A DNA stretch of 59,518 bases, filler included, from Pirum gemmata (taxonomy: Eukaryota): the NCBI GenBank assembly GCA_002812295.1. It is 10 parts of 10 records of this genome, joined end to end, with 100 filler letters (N's around TTAATTAATTAA, not from the genome) between each part and the next. Parts side by side here need not be neighbours in the genome. Positions count along the whole stretch, not along the records: positions 7,077 to 13,261 come from PDIN01000526.1; positions 13,362 to 18,869 come from PDIN01000527.1; positions 18,970 to 24,526 come from PDIN01000528.1; positions 24,627 to 30,958 come from PDIN01000529.1; 6 more parts are not named here. One strand, 5' to 3'. The stretch's first letter is position 1. Each line of letters starts with the position of its first letter. Shown one piece after another: positions 12,701 through 25,981 of the stretch. The translations under genes and the position numbers were made by a program. The notes beneath the pieces were generated by a model that was given only the letters and a program-made list of their open reading frames with translations, had not been told where the DNA came from and ran no database searches.

Positions 12701-13785
12701 GTCTTGACTCTTTAGAAATGATATCATGCCAAAAATATTATAACTATTTGTATCAAATTACTCTTAGTCAAATTACTGTACATACAGCTTTATTATTTTT
12801 CAACCAAAATCCTTTTTTAATTAATTTTAAAAAAGCTAATTAATCCTAAAAAAACAACAAACACAGCCATGCTTACCACCCTGGGGTCCACAGTCCACCT
12901 GCCAGGACCTGCCTCCCACTGGCACCTGGCACCACACCCATATCGGTAGAGTATTGGTAGACTTTCTGGCGACTCAGCGGCGAGTAACCTTATTTAAAAA
13001 AATTTTACGAGCTAATCAAAAATTGCTAGATCAAAATTGATATTATTATATTTTTAAATTTTTTTTTTTTTTTTTTGAAATGAACCAAGAATGAACAAAA
13101 TTTCCGGTCCCTATTAAAAATAAGCCTCTTCCAATTCTGCTCGAACCCGAAATCTCGAAAAAAAAAAAAGAAGAAATTCAGCTCTGTTTGAAAAAAAAAT
13201 TTTCATTTTTTTTCAGATTTATAAATAAATAAATATACTCGAATACTTAATTGTAAGCTCANNNNNNNNNNNNNNNNNNNNNNNNNNNNNNNNNNNNNNN
13301 NNNNNTTAATTAATTAANNNNNNNNNNNNNNNNNNNNNNNNNNNNNNNNNNNNNNNNNNNNAATGATAATACTTGTTGTTGTTGAGGCGGTTGTTGTTGT
13401 TGTTTAAAAAAAACGGGGTTAGGATTAGGATTAGAAAAAACATAAAAATAAAAATAAAATATTAATATATTTTAAATATTATTCTTTTTTAAAAAATTTA
13501 TGTTTTATTTTTTTTTATTAAAAGTTAAATTTAATTAAATATTTTTTCAAATTACACGTTGATTAGTTAATTTCAATTGCATCACTAAAAAGGAGTGAAA
13601 AAAGCATCACTAAAAAAGAGGGGTTTTAATTAGTATAAATGGGTTATTATTAAAAAGAGGGTTAAAAATGAGTGTTATTATTATTATTATTATTATTATT
13701 TTAATTAAAAAGGGTTATCATTTTTTTAAAAAATAATAATAATAATGTGTTGGGGGGGCTGAGAGTTGGGGTCATTAGGAATAAT

Positions 13786-16700
13786 TTAAGTTCGAATAAT
13801 CAATCGGTTAGACGGATACCGTTTTCTAAAGTAACCACCGACTGGTCCTTCTACGACTGCAAATTGCCAACCTGCCGACAAAGCAATAAATACAAAACTA
13901 ACAATCCAAATAGTAATTCTTAATTCAAAACTCATTGGTGGTGATGGTGATCCACCAGCATCCTGGTAAGCTCTCCAAACACCTGAAGCATTAGGTCCAT
14001 TAAAAGGGAAAGAGGCTATATGCCATAAATTAGTAAAATCATTTGAAGGCAGTAAAATAACCAAAGACGTCAAAATAAGCAAAGCAATAACGTTAATAAC
14101 AAGCGGCCAATTTTTATAAACCGACTCCCTGAACTTGTACCCAAAACTGTAAATCCCCGCTTGACTAACTAAGTTCAGATACATAGAAATGAAGAGAACG
14201 GTGCATTCCCAGTTATCACCAAGCACCCACCAGTTTTGTCCTTGGGCTAAGTTCGCTGGCCAAGGAACATAATCCTTATGAGTAACGGTGATGATTAAAC
14301 ATGTAATTAAACCCAAGAAAGTTAACAAGTAAGTACCTACGCTTGATGCTAAATTGATTTTGCCCAACAAACTCGAGGTAGGACGTTTAGTTTTTAAAGA
14401 ACTGGAGGTACCACTTAGCGTCATGGTATATCCCAAAGAGATCACCGCAACAGCATCAATAAAAAGATAATTCATTTGGCACATAATTACTCCATAGTAA
14501 AATGAAATCAGTTTGACGATCGTAAATATTTGACCATAGTAGATTAAGAACTTGTAGACGGAAAAAGAAGTATGAAGTGAAGCACGTCCTTCTTTAAGCA
14601 AATCAACAACCGAACGAATGGATTTTGATTTGGAAGTAAATGGTGATACAATAGAAGCTTCGGCGTCACTAAGCGCTAAACCAGCTTGAGCAGCTCGAAG
14701 AGCACCACAATCGTTTCCTCCATCACCACACATACCAACAATCAAACCTAATTTACGGAACAAGTGAATACCTAAAACTTTACTTTCTGGAGACATTCTT
14801 GCGAAAATTCTCATATTCAATAAAAGGTGAGGCATGTGGTTGCTATTAATGATTTCATGCAATGTATCATTTCCAGTTAAACCTAATTCCATTTCGTTAT
14901 CTTCTTTGACCATATCGATAACTTGTTCAGTAGTGTAGTACGTCTTGTTTTCTGTGATTGCCATATAAGACCAATGAACAGTTTTGGTCTTTTTGTCAAA
15001 TTCAGCAAGTAAAATTTCAGCACCTTGGTTAACTAAAGAGCACGAATGACTAATGTATTGACCACATTGGGCATTATCACCAGTAATCATAACTGGCCGA
15101 ACAGCACCGGCTCTTAGTTCTTCAATGGCAGCCTTGGAATCCTATTTATCGGTTATAAATGAAGAAAAATTGAATTAGTAAAAAACAACAAAGACAAACA
15201 AACAAAAAACACAACAAAAATTACACGCGCGATGTAAAAAATAAAACTAAAAAAAAATTAATATTATATATATATTACCTCTTTTGGTTCGTTACGCAAT
15301 ATCATTAAACCAAGCATTTCAAAAGCACCTTGCTCTTCTACTTCACTGCGTTTTAAATCACCATAATGATCCATACAACCTCTGTGGGCCAAAGCCAATA
15401 CATAAGCACCATCCAAAGCATACTGTTTAGCGACATCATCATAATCTACTGGGATACTCTCTGGTTTACATAAAGCCTTTACCTTTTCAAACGAACCTTT
15501 AACAAACACGTTGTTATTTTTTTCGGTGTCTTTCACAATAACAGACATAGTTTGCAATTCATGATCAAATTCAAATTTTTTCAAAATTTCTAATGCTTCC
15601 CCTGTAGGCGACGTCACATGACTAACACCTTGATTATCAGTTTCACCTAAAGTCCAACCAACAGCCTCAAACATTTTCGTTTCTACTTCGTTACCAACCA
15701 CTTCATTTTCGCCATACTTGGTTAAAGCGTGACAAGTCGCTAAACTATTAGTTATGATTTGAGGAGTTTCTTCAGACTGTGCATTTTTAATTAATGGACC
15801 AAATTGAGAACCATTCACAGGAACAACACCGCCAAAATCCATACCATCCTATAAAGTCATGATAAAAATCGTTAATAAGTAATTATAAATAAATAATAAA
15901 AGGTTATAAATAAATAAAATAATAAATAATGATAATGATAATGAAGTATAATGATAAAAATAAAAAATAAAAAATAAGAAATAAAATAATAATAATAATA
16001 ATAATAATAAGTAAATAATAATGATATAAGTAAGAAAAATAAAAAATACCTTGGTAATAGTACCCGTTTTGTCAAAGCAAAAAACTCGAATTTTACCAGA
16101 AATTGCAATTCTTCCTGGATTAACACAAAATACATCTTTTTCGGTTAAACGTGCACAACTACGAATTTGACCTACTTTCAAAGCAACTGGTAGTAGAGGT
16201 GACATGACTTGACTAATTGTGAAAATAACGTAGGCCCACATTGTAACCCAGTCGGAGTTAGAACCAGAGTTAAACATAAAAGCAATAGCTATACAAGAAG
16301 CACAAATAGCATAAATACCCAAAATAACAAATACTACTTTTAATTCTTCTTCGTATCGGAAAGCAGTTTTTTCTGGAAATAAAATTTGAGAAATCAATTC
16401 CCCTTTAGAAGTGTTGATGCCAGTTGCAGTAACCAAGGCCATGGTTAGTGATCCGTTTACATTTTCAGTCTGTAAAACTTTTGTACCCGCAAATAAAGAA
16501 TGCTTAACTCCAGCCTTTTTGGGATCGTAAGATTTAGAATCATCATTTGGGCAAGATACTTTCTGAATGGGTTTGGATTCACCAGTTAGTGAACTTTCGT
16601 CACACAAAGCGTTACCTGATATTAATACCATGTCGCAAGGCACACCACATTTTTCGTCAACCGCAACCACATCACCAGGAACAAGTTTCAAAGACGAAAT

Positions 16701-17960
16701 GGTAACTAACTGCCCATCACGTAATACACGAACTTCAGATTGATGTTTTGTTAATTGAGCAATAGTATGCTCGTTTTTGTAAATAATATAAACATTAATA
16801 AGCGCACTAAGAATAACGACCGTTAATTCGATCATAGCGATGAATAAATAACTAAACCAAATCCATACACTGTACATAATAAACTGGTAGTAGTAAAAAA
16901 AAGTACTAAACTCTTCTTGTATTAAACCATAAACAGGTGTAGGTGTGAACGGTATAGCATTAGGACCGAATTCATGGTAACGATTTTCAGCTTGAACAGA
17001 ACTCAACCCAGATCCACAGCTAAGAATAGCAGCGTAATTAGAACCAACAATATTAAATTTAGGAGAAACGAATAAATCACTATCTGGGTCATACAAATAA
17101 CGAGTACCTTCGTGGATAAAAAATTTGACGCCATCTTCATTTGTACTTACTTTCACAGTACAATCGTGTCCATTTAAGAGTTCAGGGGGCGTTAAATAAT
17201 CTTGAATTTTATGTACCAGGTTAACCAACCGGTTGGAATTGCTATCCAAAACTTCAAATGTATCCAAAACCCATACGTACATGTAATCCGCTTGACCCAT
17301 GGAGCAAGGTAATCTAAACCAATTCCTGATTCTATTAAGATTGACTAAACAGAAAAAGAACCATACTCCAGATAATGCCCAAACAGTAAACATGTAATAA
17401 GAATTATTCGTATAATTACCAAATACTAAATAATTCCCGTAAAAGCAAAGGTTATCGATTCCTTTGAGCTGGCAATCAAAATATTTGCCAAACTGGATAA
17501 CGATGAATAAAATCACAAATCCCAGAGAAATCAAATTGAACAGAATAAAACACATGGTACCAAAAATGTTACTTTGGTAGGGTTTTAATTTGATATTAAC
17601 CGTCGATAAATCAGAATTGCTTATTTCATCATCACTACCGTCAAGTTCACAACTACTTTGAATTTTTCCAGAATTAGAATTCTTCTTTTCATCACTACCT
17701 GTACCAAAAGATTCAGTACCCATTTCTTTTGTTTTTATTTCACTGTCGGATTTCATTCCATTGGCACTCTCTAAAATATCATTTTCAACTTTGTTTTCGA
17801 TGTGTAACTCTCTTTCTTTATGTTTCTTTGAGCGTAATAACCTCACAAAGAAAAATGAAATACAAAGTGCAAAAATACTACCCCAGATTGCATACAACGC
17901 AATTAAACCTATATTTAATATAAGAGCAATAAAAAATTTAATAAACAAATGTAAGACCAT
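13786..17960 (-). CDS. P5-type (ATP13A/YPK9-like) P-type ATPase, 3 exons: 17960-16050, 15848-15279, 15141-13786 (~1278 aa; true start uncertain)
   Basis: Motifs LVPGDVV, PCD, DESSLTGES, DKTGTITK|DGMDF (joined across GT-AG intron 16049-15849), FEFDHELQTMSV, VKGSFE, NEPKE|DSKAAI (intron 15278-15142), MITGDN, FARMSP, MCGDGGNDCGALRAA, EASIVSPFTS and LLKEGRA. Confidence 0.93.
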
Positions 17961-18041
17961 TATTCAATAATATATAATTATACATAATACATATATTATA
18001 ATATTATATACATTATATTAAAAACAGATAATAATAATTTT

Positions 18042-18079
<38 letters not shown>

Positions 18080-19241
18080 TAATAATAATGATAATAATAA
18101 TGATAATGATTAATGATAATGATAATGATAATTATAATTATAATATGATATAATAACAGCAATAATAAAAATAATAATCTACATATTTCTAGTATATTTA
18201 TTCACTTTTTTACTTTTACATTTGAAATAATAAAAAAACCAAAAATCAAAAAAATCTCTCATGGGAAAAATCGGGCACTGGGTTCACGAACCATGCCCCC
18301 ACGAGCGGGCGCCCTCTCCAATACAAAAGGCACAGCCTAAGGCCCTAAAACCATCCAACTTTTAAAATCACAAAGAATCAAAAACTCTACTGGTATGAAT
18401 AGATCTCTATGTTAAAAAAAAAATCAACTTGTATTATCAAATAAGTTTTTTTTTTTTTTTAACCTTTAGTTTATAAAACTATTGAGATGTTTTTGATATT
18501 TCGTTATGATTTTAATCTCATATGGCGGATTTCGCCTAGTAGTAGCGGATTTCGCAGCTTGTTCTCGTAGCGGAATGTTCACAATTTGCTACAAGATATT
18601 TTTTAAAAGGAAAAAGCTTTGTCTTTGTCACTCTTTGATCAAAAAATCGAATCATATTATTAAACTAGATCGAAAAAAATATTTTTTGGTACATTTTCAA
18701 ACTTTTTCCAAAACGGAAAATTCTGCCAAATTGACCTCAAATAGACCTCTTCAAATTCAGGCATGGGTAGATCTGAGATTCTGAATCGACCTTCAACAAG
18801 TCTTCAACACCCATTACTGGTAGGGGGTAGGGGGTAGGGTTTAACTTTAAGGTAAGGGGGGATGGGGGTNNNNNNNNNNNNNNNNNNNNNNNNNNNNNNN
18901 NNNNNNNNNNNNNTTAATTAATTAANNNNNNNNNNNNNNNNNNNNNNNNNNNNNNNNNNNNNNNNNNNNTTATTTATTATTTATTTATGTATTTTTTCTT
19001 AGATTCTTAGGGTTTTGGATTTGGATTCTGGAATCTGGATTCTGGAACCCAATTTAACCAAAGCTCTTTGGTTTTCTTTGGTTTTTGTGATAAATATTTA
19101 TTTACAAATGAACGAACTAATGAGCTAGAACTAAGGAGATTGAGTTTTGTATGTTATCATTTTTTTATTGGTACGTATACAAAAAAAAAGTGATATTTTT
19201 TTTTTATCTCTATTTTTTTTTTTTTAAAAAACTATTTCATA

Positions 19242-19493
19242 CCAAGCCGGATAAAAATGGATATCCGTCGTATGAGCTCAAAAATCCAAAAAATCTCAAA
19301 ACAATCCAATTTAAAAAAAAGTACTACCAAAGAGATTACCAAAGTTTGAGAAATCTTCTGACTAAAAAAGGTCTTTTGTGAACCAATGGCTAGTTTTTAA
19401 AAACATTTTGGCTAGTTAGCATTAAAGGTTTTAGAAAAGAAGTCGAAGAAAAAAAGATTTCTACAGTTTATCCGGCTTGGCTGTTAAAAAAAA
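19242..19493 (+). mobile_element. ~240-bp IR-bounded dispersed repeat (CCAAGCCGGATAAA..TTTATCCGGCTTGG) followed by an A-run
   Basis: Perfect 14-bp IR at 19242-19255 / 19467-19480. Other copies at 4807-~5110, ~19610-19768 (rev), ~31230-31293 (rev), 33506-33763, ~34840-35050 (rev) and ~37590-37732 (rev). Confidence 0.8.
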
Positions 19494-21544
19494 TGTTTTG
19501 AAAAATTTCTGTTCAGAAAGAGCATTGAGAGCAAAGATTTAGATATTATTATTTAGATGCATGGATCTTCATAAATAAAAAATTATTTGTGCGGTTGGAT
19601 AACCTGGATATGCTTTTCTAATAATCTTAACTAGCCAAATTATCTTTAAAATCTAGCCATTGGTTCATATTAGCTAAAATATTTCTTATTATTTGGTAGT
19701 ACTTTAATAAAAATTGGGTCATTTTGATATTTTTGGGTTTTTGAGGTCGCCATTTTCATCTGGCTTGGGGTTAGGGGGGTTAGAGGTCCTACTAGCTAGC
19801 TAGCTAGCTAGCTAGTAGTAGGTGGGGTGAGCACCCCTTTTGCGAACATTTAAGGGCGAGGGGTGAAGTGGAAGGCTATTCGCCACTTCGCAGTTACCAT
19901 AAATAGTATTTATATAGCTATAAATAGTAGCTACTATTTTAAAAGCTTCTATTAATAGTAGCTATTATACTATTTAAAGTAATTTTAATCACAAAAATTT
20001 CATTTTGGCGAACTTTTGGTACCAGCCTTCAATTAGTAAAATGACGTCATCTCATCCTTAGAGTTACCTAGCTAAGGTATGATATATTTCGAGCTCTGGG
20101 CAGCTAGCCAGTAGTTGCCCGGCGGTAAACACTTTTTTTTTTGAACATTTTATAATATACAAATATGGTTTTAACTATTTTACAGCGACTAACCACATGA
20201 TCCACATTCATTTCTCCCTTTTTCTAATAAAGAAAGAAGTTCCTCGAGAAGTTCCTAGCTAGCTAGCTGTCCGTTCGTTCCTAATAATTTCCTATAGACT
20301 ATGTTTCTAAGTAATATGACACAGCTTTCCTTCTACGATAGACTAACCCAAAAAAATTAATTATGATAGTTGAGTTGTGTAGGGGTTGTTCAACAAGGAC
20401 GTCCCCCATTTTTTGGCCTATTTTTTTGGCTTTAAGTTGGGCTTTTTCCTTTAGAACTTTTTTTCTATTGATAATCGATATGATACTTTTATAAGTAACT
20501 GTTGAAGTATGACTCATGTATACATCGTAACATCGTGTATGAATATGCATGATATCAACTTCGCATTATGTGACGTCATAATCAGGCTTGTCATAATTCT
20601 TTTAAGCATCCCATGGCTAGTTTAATTAACATAATATTTATAACAATTAATATGATGTGATAAATAAATGACTCATGATCAGTTATAAATGACTAAAGAG
20701 AGGTTCTAGCCGCCTAAGTAGCTAGCTAGTAACGGCCCTAACAAAGTTGTTTGGTCATATATGTTTGGTTTCTTTGATTTATTTAATTAAAGAGTTTTCT
20801 AAAAGTGGCCATGAATAAGTTACAAGTATTAGCTGATCATGATGCCACTACTATGCCACTACGATATTACTACGATACTATCTGATAGCTCTAGAGCTGG
20901 AACTTGGAAGAGCCCTAAACTCCAGCTAGCTAGATCCCTAACGGATAAAGGAATTTCATTTATACTACAGGGTATAATAATGATTTTTTAAAAAAAAAAA
21001 AAATTATTAGTTACATACAGGAGGCTAGCTCTAGTAGCTATAGGAGAGGAGGGATGACATGACGTCATAATACTAATACCAACCTAGGGTACGGCAAAAA
21101 TTGAAAATTTGACTTAAATTACTATAAAAAGTTAACTTATAACTATTAATAGTAATACTTAATATAGTAAACTATTATTTTAAGGATATAAATATCTATT
21201 TTAAGTAATAATTTTTTGCCATCTCAATTCCTTTTGTAACCTATCTCCAAATTTCTGCCAAAGGGGATGTCATCCTTCCTTAGTTAGCCTAGCTAGCTAG
21301 CTAGCTAGTTACCAGGTCTAGCTATGATACACTATCATAATAATTATTATGCTTTTCATTTATTTTGGCTCTGAATATTTATTTGGAGGGCCATAATCTT
21401 TAAATTGACATTTTAATTAAATAAATAAATAAATATTAAAGTATACCAAAGTAATATTTATTTGGTATTATATATAATATATTAGTATGATATAGCTAGA
21501 CTACCAGAACCACCAGTAGAACTACTATGCTCTTAGTCTTAGCA

Positions 21545-21822
21545 CCTAACCCTAACCCCTAACCCTAACCCTAACCCTAACCCCTAATCCTAACCCTAAC
21601 CCTAACCTCTAACCCTAACCCTAACCCCTAACCCTAACCCTAACCCTAACCTCTAACCTCTAACCCTAATTTGGCCACCACCTTTATAAATTAATACTTG
21701 TAGTTGTAGCCCATCTCTTTCCAAGCCCTAAGTCACCTAACCCTAACCCTAACCCTAACCCTAACCCTAACTCTAACTAACCCTAAGTTGCCCTATGATC
21801 CCTACCCCTACCCCTAACCCAA
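21545..21822 (+). repeat. Degenerate interstitial (CCCTAA)n arrays
   Basis: Two CCCTAA / CCCCTAA / CCTCTAA runs separated by about 65 bp. Confidence 0.9.
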
Positions 21823-22369
21823 ATGATACATATATATGTAGACCTAGCTAGGCAGAAACAGCTCTAGAAACACTAACATATGTTGCATTCATAAATATTT
21901 ATATTATTACTTAATTAAAACAGACCGTATTTGTAAAATACTACGTAAGTAACTATGTATTTAGCAAATATGATATCGATAGCTCTTTTTTTAGGTAATA
22001 AATACACCTAACAAAATAAAAAGTTTATTAATTGGCCGCTTTTTGTTTTAGTATAATTTTTACTTTAATTAAAATTAAAATTACAGGCGTGTTGGTTTAT
22101 GATAAATATAAATTGAATGGATGTAAAGTTTGGATGAGCTAGCTAGCTATGGTCATAGGTTGAAGTCCTTGACTCCTTGGCTACTAAGGTTATAGTACTT
22201 ATAGAGGTTATCACTTTGCTATTTTACTTGATTACTATATTTGTAAAATATTACTTTAAGAGACTACATATTTGGTAAATAGCTCTTTATTAAGTAAAAC
22301 GCATCAAGGAAGTTTGGATGAGCTAATCAAGGTTATCACTAAGTCTTTCTATTATAATAATTTGTTAAG

Positions 22370-22601
22370 TAGGGGTGAGATGACGTCATTTTATTATTAC
22401 CGAACAGCTGCTGGAACTTTTCCGATTTTATGTTTTTATTACTATTAATGTCAATATAATTACTTTAATTGGTATCTACTATAATTAGAATTACTATATG
22501 AAGATATTTAACTGCTATTATTAGTAAGAAACACGGAACTAAGTCAGGCTCGATAAGCATCTGTTCGAAAAAAGTTCCAGTAGATATCTCACCCCCCCCT
22601 A
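22370..22601. mobile_element. MITE with TAGGGGTGAGAT..ATCTCACCCCTA termini (superfamily unresolved)
   Basis: Terminal inverted repeats are present. A second copy lies at 54030-54216, with more diverged relatives at ~19820-20060 and ~21041-21283. No clear 8-bp TSD. Confidence 0.65.
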
Positions 22602-22880
22602 CTAATTTTTTATTTTTATTAAAAATTTTACTAGGAATGTTTTTCTGATATTTTTTTTATATCATGCGCCTAAGAATCACCAACTTTTTGGACATAGTAA
22701 TAATATTATTCTATTTCGAATATATAAATTTAGTATGTTCGAAATATTCAAGCCGCCAGAAAAAATTGGGTCACTTTTTCAAAACGTTAGTAACTGTTAC
22801 GCGTTATGCACCATACGAATGATAGTCACGTGATGTATTATTTAGTCATAATGACTAGTCAATAATACATCATAATATTA

Positions 22881-23233
22881 TTGTGCTTTTCATTTATTTT
22901 CTCACTCTGAATATTTATTTGGAGGGTTATAATATTTAAATTGGCATTTTTAAATAAATAAATAGATAATAAAATATACCAAATTAATTAAAATGGGCTT
23001 ATATAGTATTGATTTGGTACTCTTTATTATACCCTAACCCTAACCCTAACCCTAACCCTAACCCTAACCCTAACCCTAACCCTAACCCTAACCCTAACCC
23101 TNCTAACCCTAACCCTAACCCTAACCCTAACCCTAACCCTAACCCTAACCCTAACCCTAACCCTAACCCTAACCCTAACCCTAACCCTAACAAAACAACT
23201 GAAAAGCACGTGAACTGAAAAGCACGTGCACGA
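22881..23233. mobile_element. TA-flanked MITE (TCGTGCTTTTCA TIR family) interrupted by a (CCCTAA)n array at 23031-23190
   Basis: Both flanks of the array match the family consensus in the correct order and orientation. Confidence 0.8.
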
Positions 23234-23629
23234 TATGATTTATAATATAATGTAATAATATAACATTACTATCGTCTATTTTATTACAGTTTGTCTTCTC
23301 AATCTTTAATTTGGCACTGTTTAAGTTTGTTTAAGTGTATTATTAATATTAAATTTTAAAAACTTGTTTATAAAATACAAAATTTTAAGTATAGAATACC
23401 AAATTAATTAAAACATGGCTGTCAGTAAATTTAATTAAAACCATAAAAACAATTTGATAAGTTTATTTCAGTTTTTGAACTGGAGAACAATATTGAAAAA
23501 CACGATTTCATATTTGGAGTATTGATGTATTTCAGTGGATGTTTTCAAGAAAAGATAATATAACTACAGCTAGCTAATACTACATAGCACATTATATTAA
23601 TATTTTTGATATCATATAGACAATAAAAA

Positions 23630-24285
23630 TAATGAACTGAACAATATATTAGAGAATTTATTGTAATGGTTACAATTCTTAATTGTGATATATATGATAT
23701 GTTATAACATAAGCATACAATGATCTGGAATAAAAAGCTGAACAATACATATATAAATATTAATATATATGGAGCCAGATTTTGGTTTATATAATCTGAA
23801 CAATAAAAGTAATGATCTGGACATTAAAAAGAATGATCTGGACACTTCTATTAGAGAATTTAATGTATTATAATGGTTACAATTCTTAAAATAATTATGA
23901 TATGTAACATAAACATACAGTGATCTGGAATAATAGGCTGGACAATGAAAATTGTTATCTGAATAATAAAAATAATGATCTGGACAATAAAAAAAATGAT
24001 CTGGACAATAAAAATAATGATCTGGACAATAAATAAATTATTTATATATTTTTTAAAGAATTTTTAAAAAACGTAATGGCTACAATTCTTATGTGATCTG
24101 AACAATAAAAATAATGATCTGAACAATAAAAATAATAATCTGGACAATAAAAATAATGATCTGGACAATAATTTTTAACGTAATTCTTATCCTAAGAATA
24201 CAATGATCTGAACAATAAAAATAATGATCTGAACAATAAAAATAATGATCTGGACAATAAAAATAATGATCTGGACAATAAATAC
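23630..24285 (+). repeat. ~21-bp satellite (AATAAAAATAATGATCTGG/AAC)n with higher-order structure
   Basis: More than 15 copies, punctuated by recurring AATGGTTACAATTCTT blocks. Confidence 0.88.
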
Positions 24286-24626
24286 ATGTTTATATATATA
24301 TCTAGCTTTCTAATTGGGTGCAAGGAGACTCACAGAAGTAATTCCATAATTTACTATTAGCTAGTACCAAATTAATTCAATATAGATACATTTAATTTAA
24401 TTCGGTATATTTTATTATCTATATATTTATTTAAAAATGTCAGTTTAAATATTATAACCCTCCAAATAAATACTCGGAACCCAAATTCTAATCGTGGAAA
24501 GATCCTGGTCACAAAGAAACGATTTCNNNNNNNNNNNNNNNNNNNNNNNNNNNNNNNNNNNNNNNNNNNNTTAATTAATTAANNNNNNNNNNNNNNNNNN
24601 NNNNNNNNNNNNNNNNNNNNNNNNNN

Positions 24627-25282
24627 TTTTTAGGTTTTTTAATGATTTGTAAGGATTTAAAATCAAATGTCATGTTATAGAATTTTAATTTTTTTTCATT
24701 GACCAAGTCAAAAACATCTCTTTGTAATGATTTTATATGATCTATAATATCAACTTTAGAAGTTGGTTTATCTTGAAAGAAATTAGATAAAAATTGAGTC
24801 TTATCCATGTTCATTTTTTCTAAACATTCTTGACGCTTATCGATATATAATTGCAAACTGTTTATTTCTTTTGAATCTAAATTATTATATTTACAAAGAC
24901 ATAAAAAAATAGAAGGGATGCAATTAACAAGATCAAATTCTACCGAATCAGGAGGTATTAAACTATTTCGTACCTCTCTTGGCATTAACTGAACTGAATC
25001 TGCTGAAGAAGAGGTATAGCACCTGCCTTTGTTTTTATCATGGAAATAGTTAACTTTAAGATTATATTCATTCAATATTGCTTTTTTTATTAAAACAGGC
25101 CAATTTTTAATACTAGTATAAGGGTTATCTTCTTCTAATATCTCAATCGCCTCTTTTTTAGGTCTAACTTGAATGATTAATTCACGCCATTGTTCAACAG
25201 TTAAATTGTACAACAAATTAGTATGATCTGGATCATACCGTTCAGTAAGAGTTAAGTACGGAGCTTGTTGTTTTTTTGACAT
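24627..25282 (-). CDS. TVpol-like (family-A-related transposon/virus primase-polymerase) N-terminal part, truncated by contig end
   Basis: KGRCY..SVQLMPREVRNSL..EFDLVNCIPSIFLCLC..LQLYIDKRQECL follows the GRxY / SxQxMxRxxRxxL / DxDxxNxHPxI / LxxYxxxR pattern of TVpol domains. Intronless. Confidence 0.72.
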
Positions 25283-25359
25283 TTTGTTTTGTTTATTTAA
25301 TTAAATATAATGTTTTTTTTTTTTTTTTTTTTTTTTTTCAAAAAACGATGAAATATTTG

Positions 25360-25489
25360 TTTTATTACAATAACATTATTTCTTTAAGTTAACATTTTTT
25401 TTTTTTAAGCCATACCAAATATGGTCATTTTCCTTTAACATTAAAAAAAAAAAATCTTAATTTAAAGAAATAATGTTATTGTAATAAAA
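25360..25489. promoter_or_regulatory. Perfect 28-bp inverted repeat in the divergent TVpol/HTH intergenic region
   Basis: TTTTATTACAATAACATTATTTCTTTAA (25360-25387) and its exact reverse complement (25462-25489). The right arm ends 3 bp before the HTH ATG. Confidence 0.75.
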
Positions 25490-25492
25490 AAA

Positions 25493-25786
25493 ATGTCTGT
25501 AGTTATCAAACAAGAGCTAGCGCAAGTACTACTTGCCAATCAGCATCTAAACAATGCTGAATTAAGTAAAAAAACAGGAATTACTATACCTACTTTGAGA
25601 AGGTATAAAAAAATGTTAAATATAAAATCAGCAAAACAAGGACGACCTAGAGATGACATAACGAAATACAACAAATATCTCTTGAACCCAAAACACATGG
25701 GGAAAACACCTGAAGTTTTGAGTAAAGAGATAGGAATCAGCGCGAGTACTATTTATAATTATAGGAAATTAAATGGACTAAATTAA
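25493..25786 (+). CDS. Small DNA-binding protein with two HTH motifs linked by GRPR
   Basis: NNAELSKKTGITIPTLRRY - QGRPR - TPEVLSKEIGISASTIYNY. A-rich ATG context. Confidence 0.8.
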   Translation: MSVVIKQELAQVLLANQHLNNAELSKKTGITIPTLRRYKKMLNIKSAKQGRPRDDITKYNKYLLNPKHMGKTPEVLSKEIGISASTIYNYRKLNGLN

Positions 25787-25968
25787 ATGTATAATAAATA
25801 TTTTTCATTAAATTTTTTTCTATTATTTTTGTTAATGCTTTTTTTCAACTTTTTGATCATACTAACATCTACCCCTAATTCCTCAGCACATTCCTTATCA
25901 CTAACAAATACGTTATCAAGAGAATATTTGGTAAGGTTGATGATGTTTTTTTTTTGATTTTCAGACAT
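25783..25968 (-). CDS. Small HTH protein
   Basis: SDKECAEELGVDVSMIKK HTH-like motif and a basic tail. The stop overlaps the convergent ORF stop (shared TTAA), and the ATG is 13 bp after the recombinase stop. Confidence 0.62.
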   Translation of the reverse strand: MSENQKKNIINLTKYSLDNVFVSDKECAEELGVDVSMIKKLKKSINKNNRKKFNEKYLLYI

Positions 25969-25981
25969 CTTTTTTTTTTAT

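Noticed and set aside
9117..25282. Treating the D5 helicase fossil and the TVpol ORF as one primase-helicase locus
   Set aside because: They lie on different contigs separated by artificial linkers. One is decayed and the other intact, so there is no evidence of linkage.
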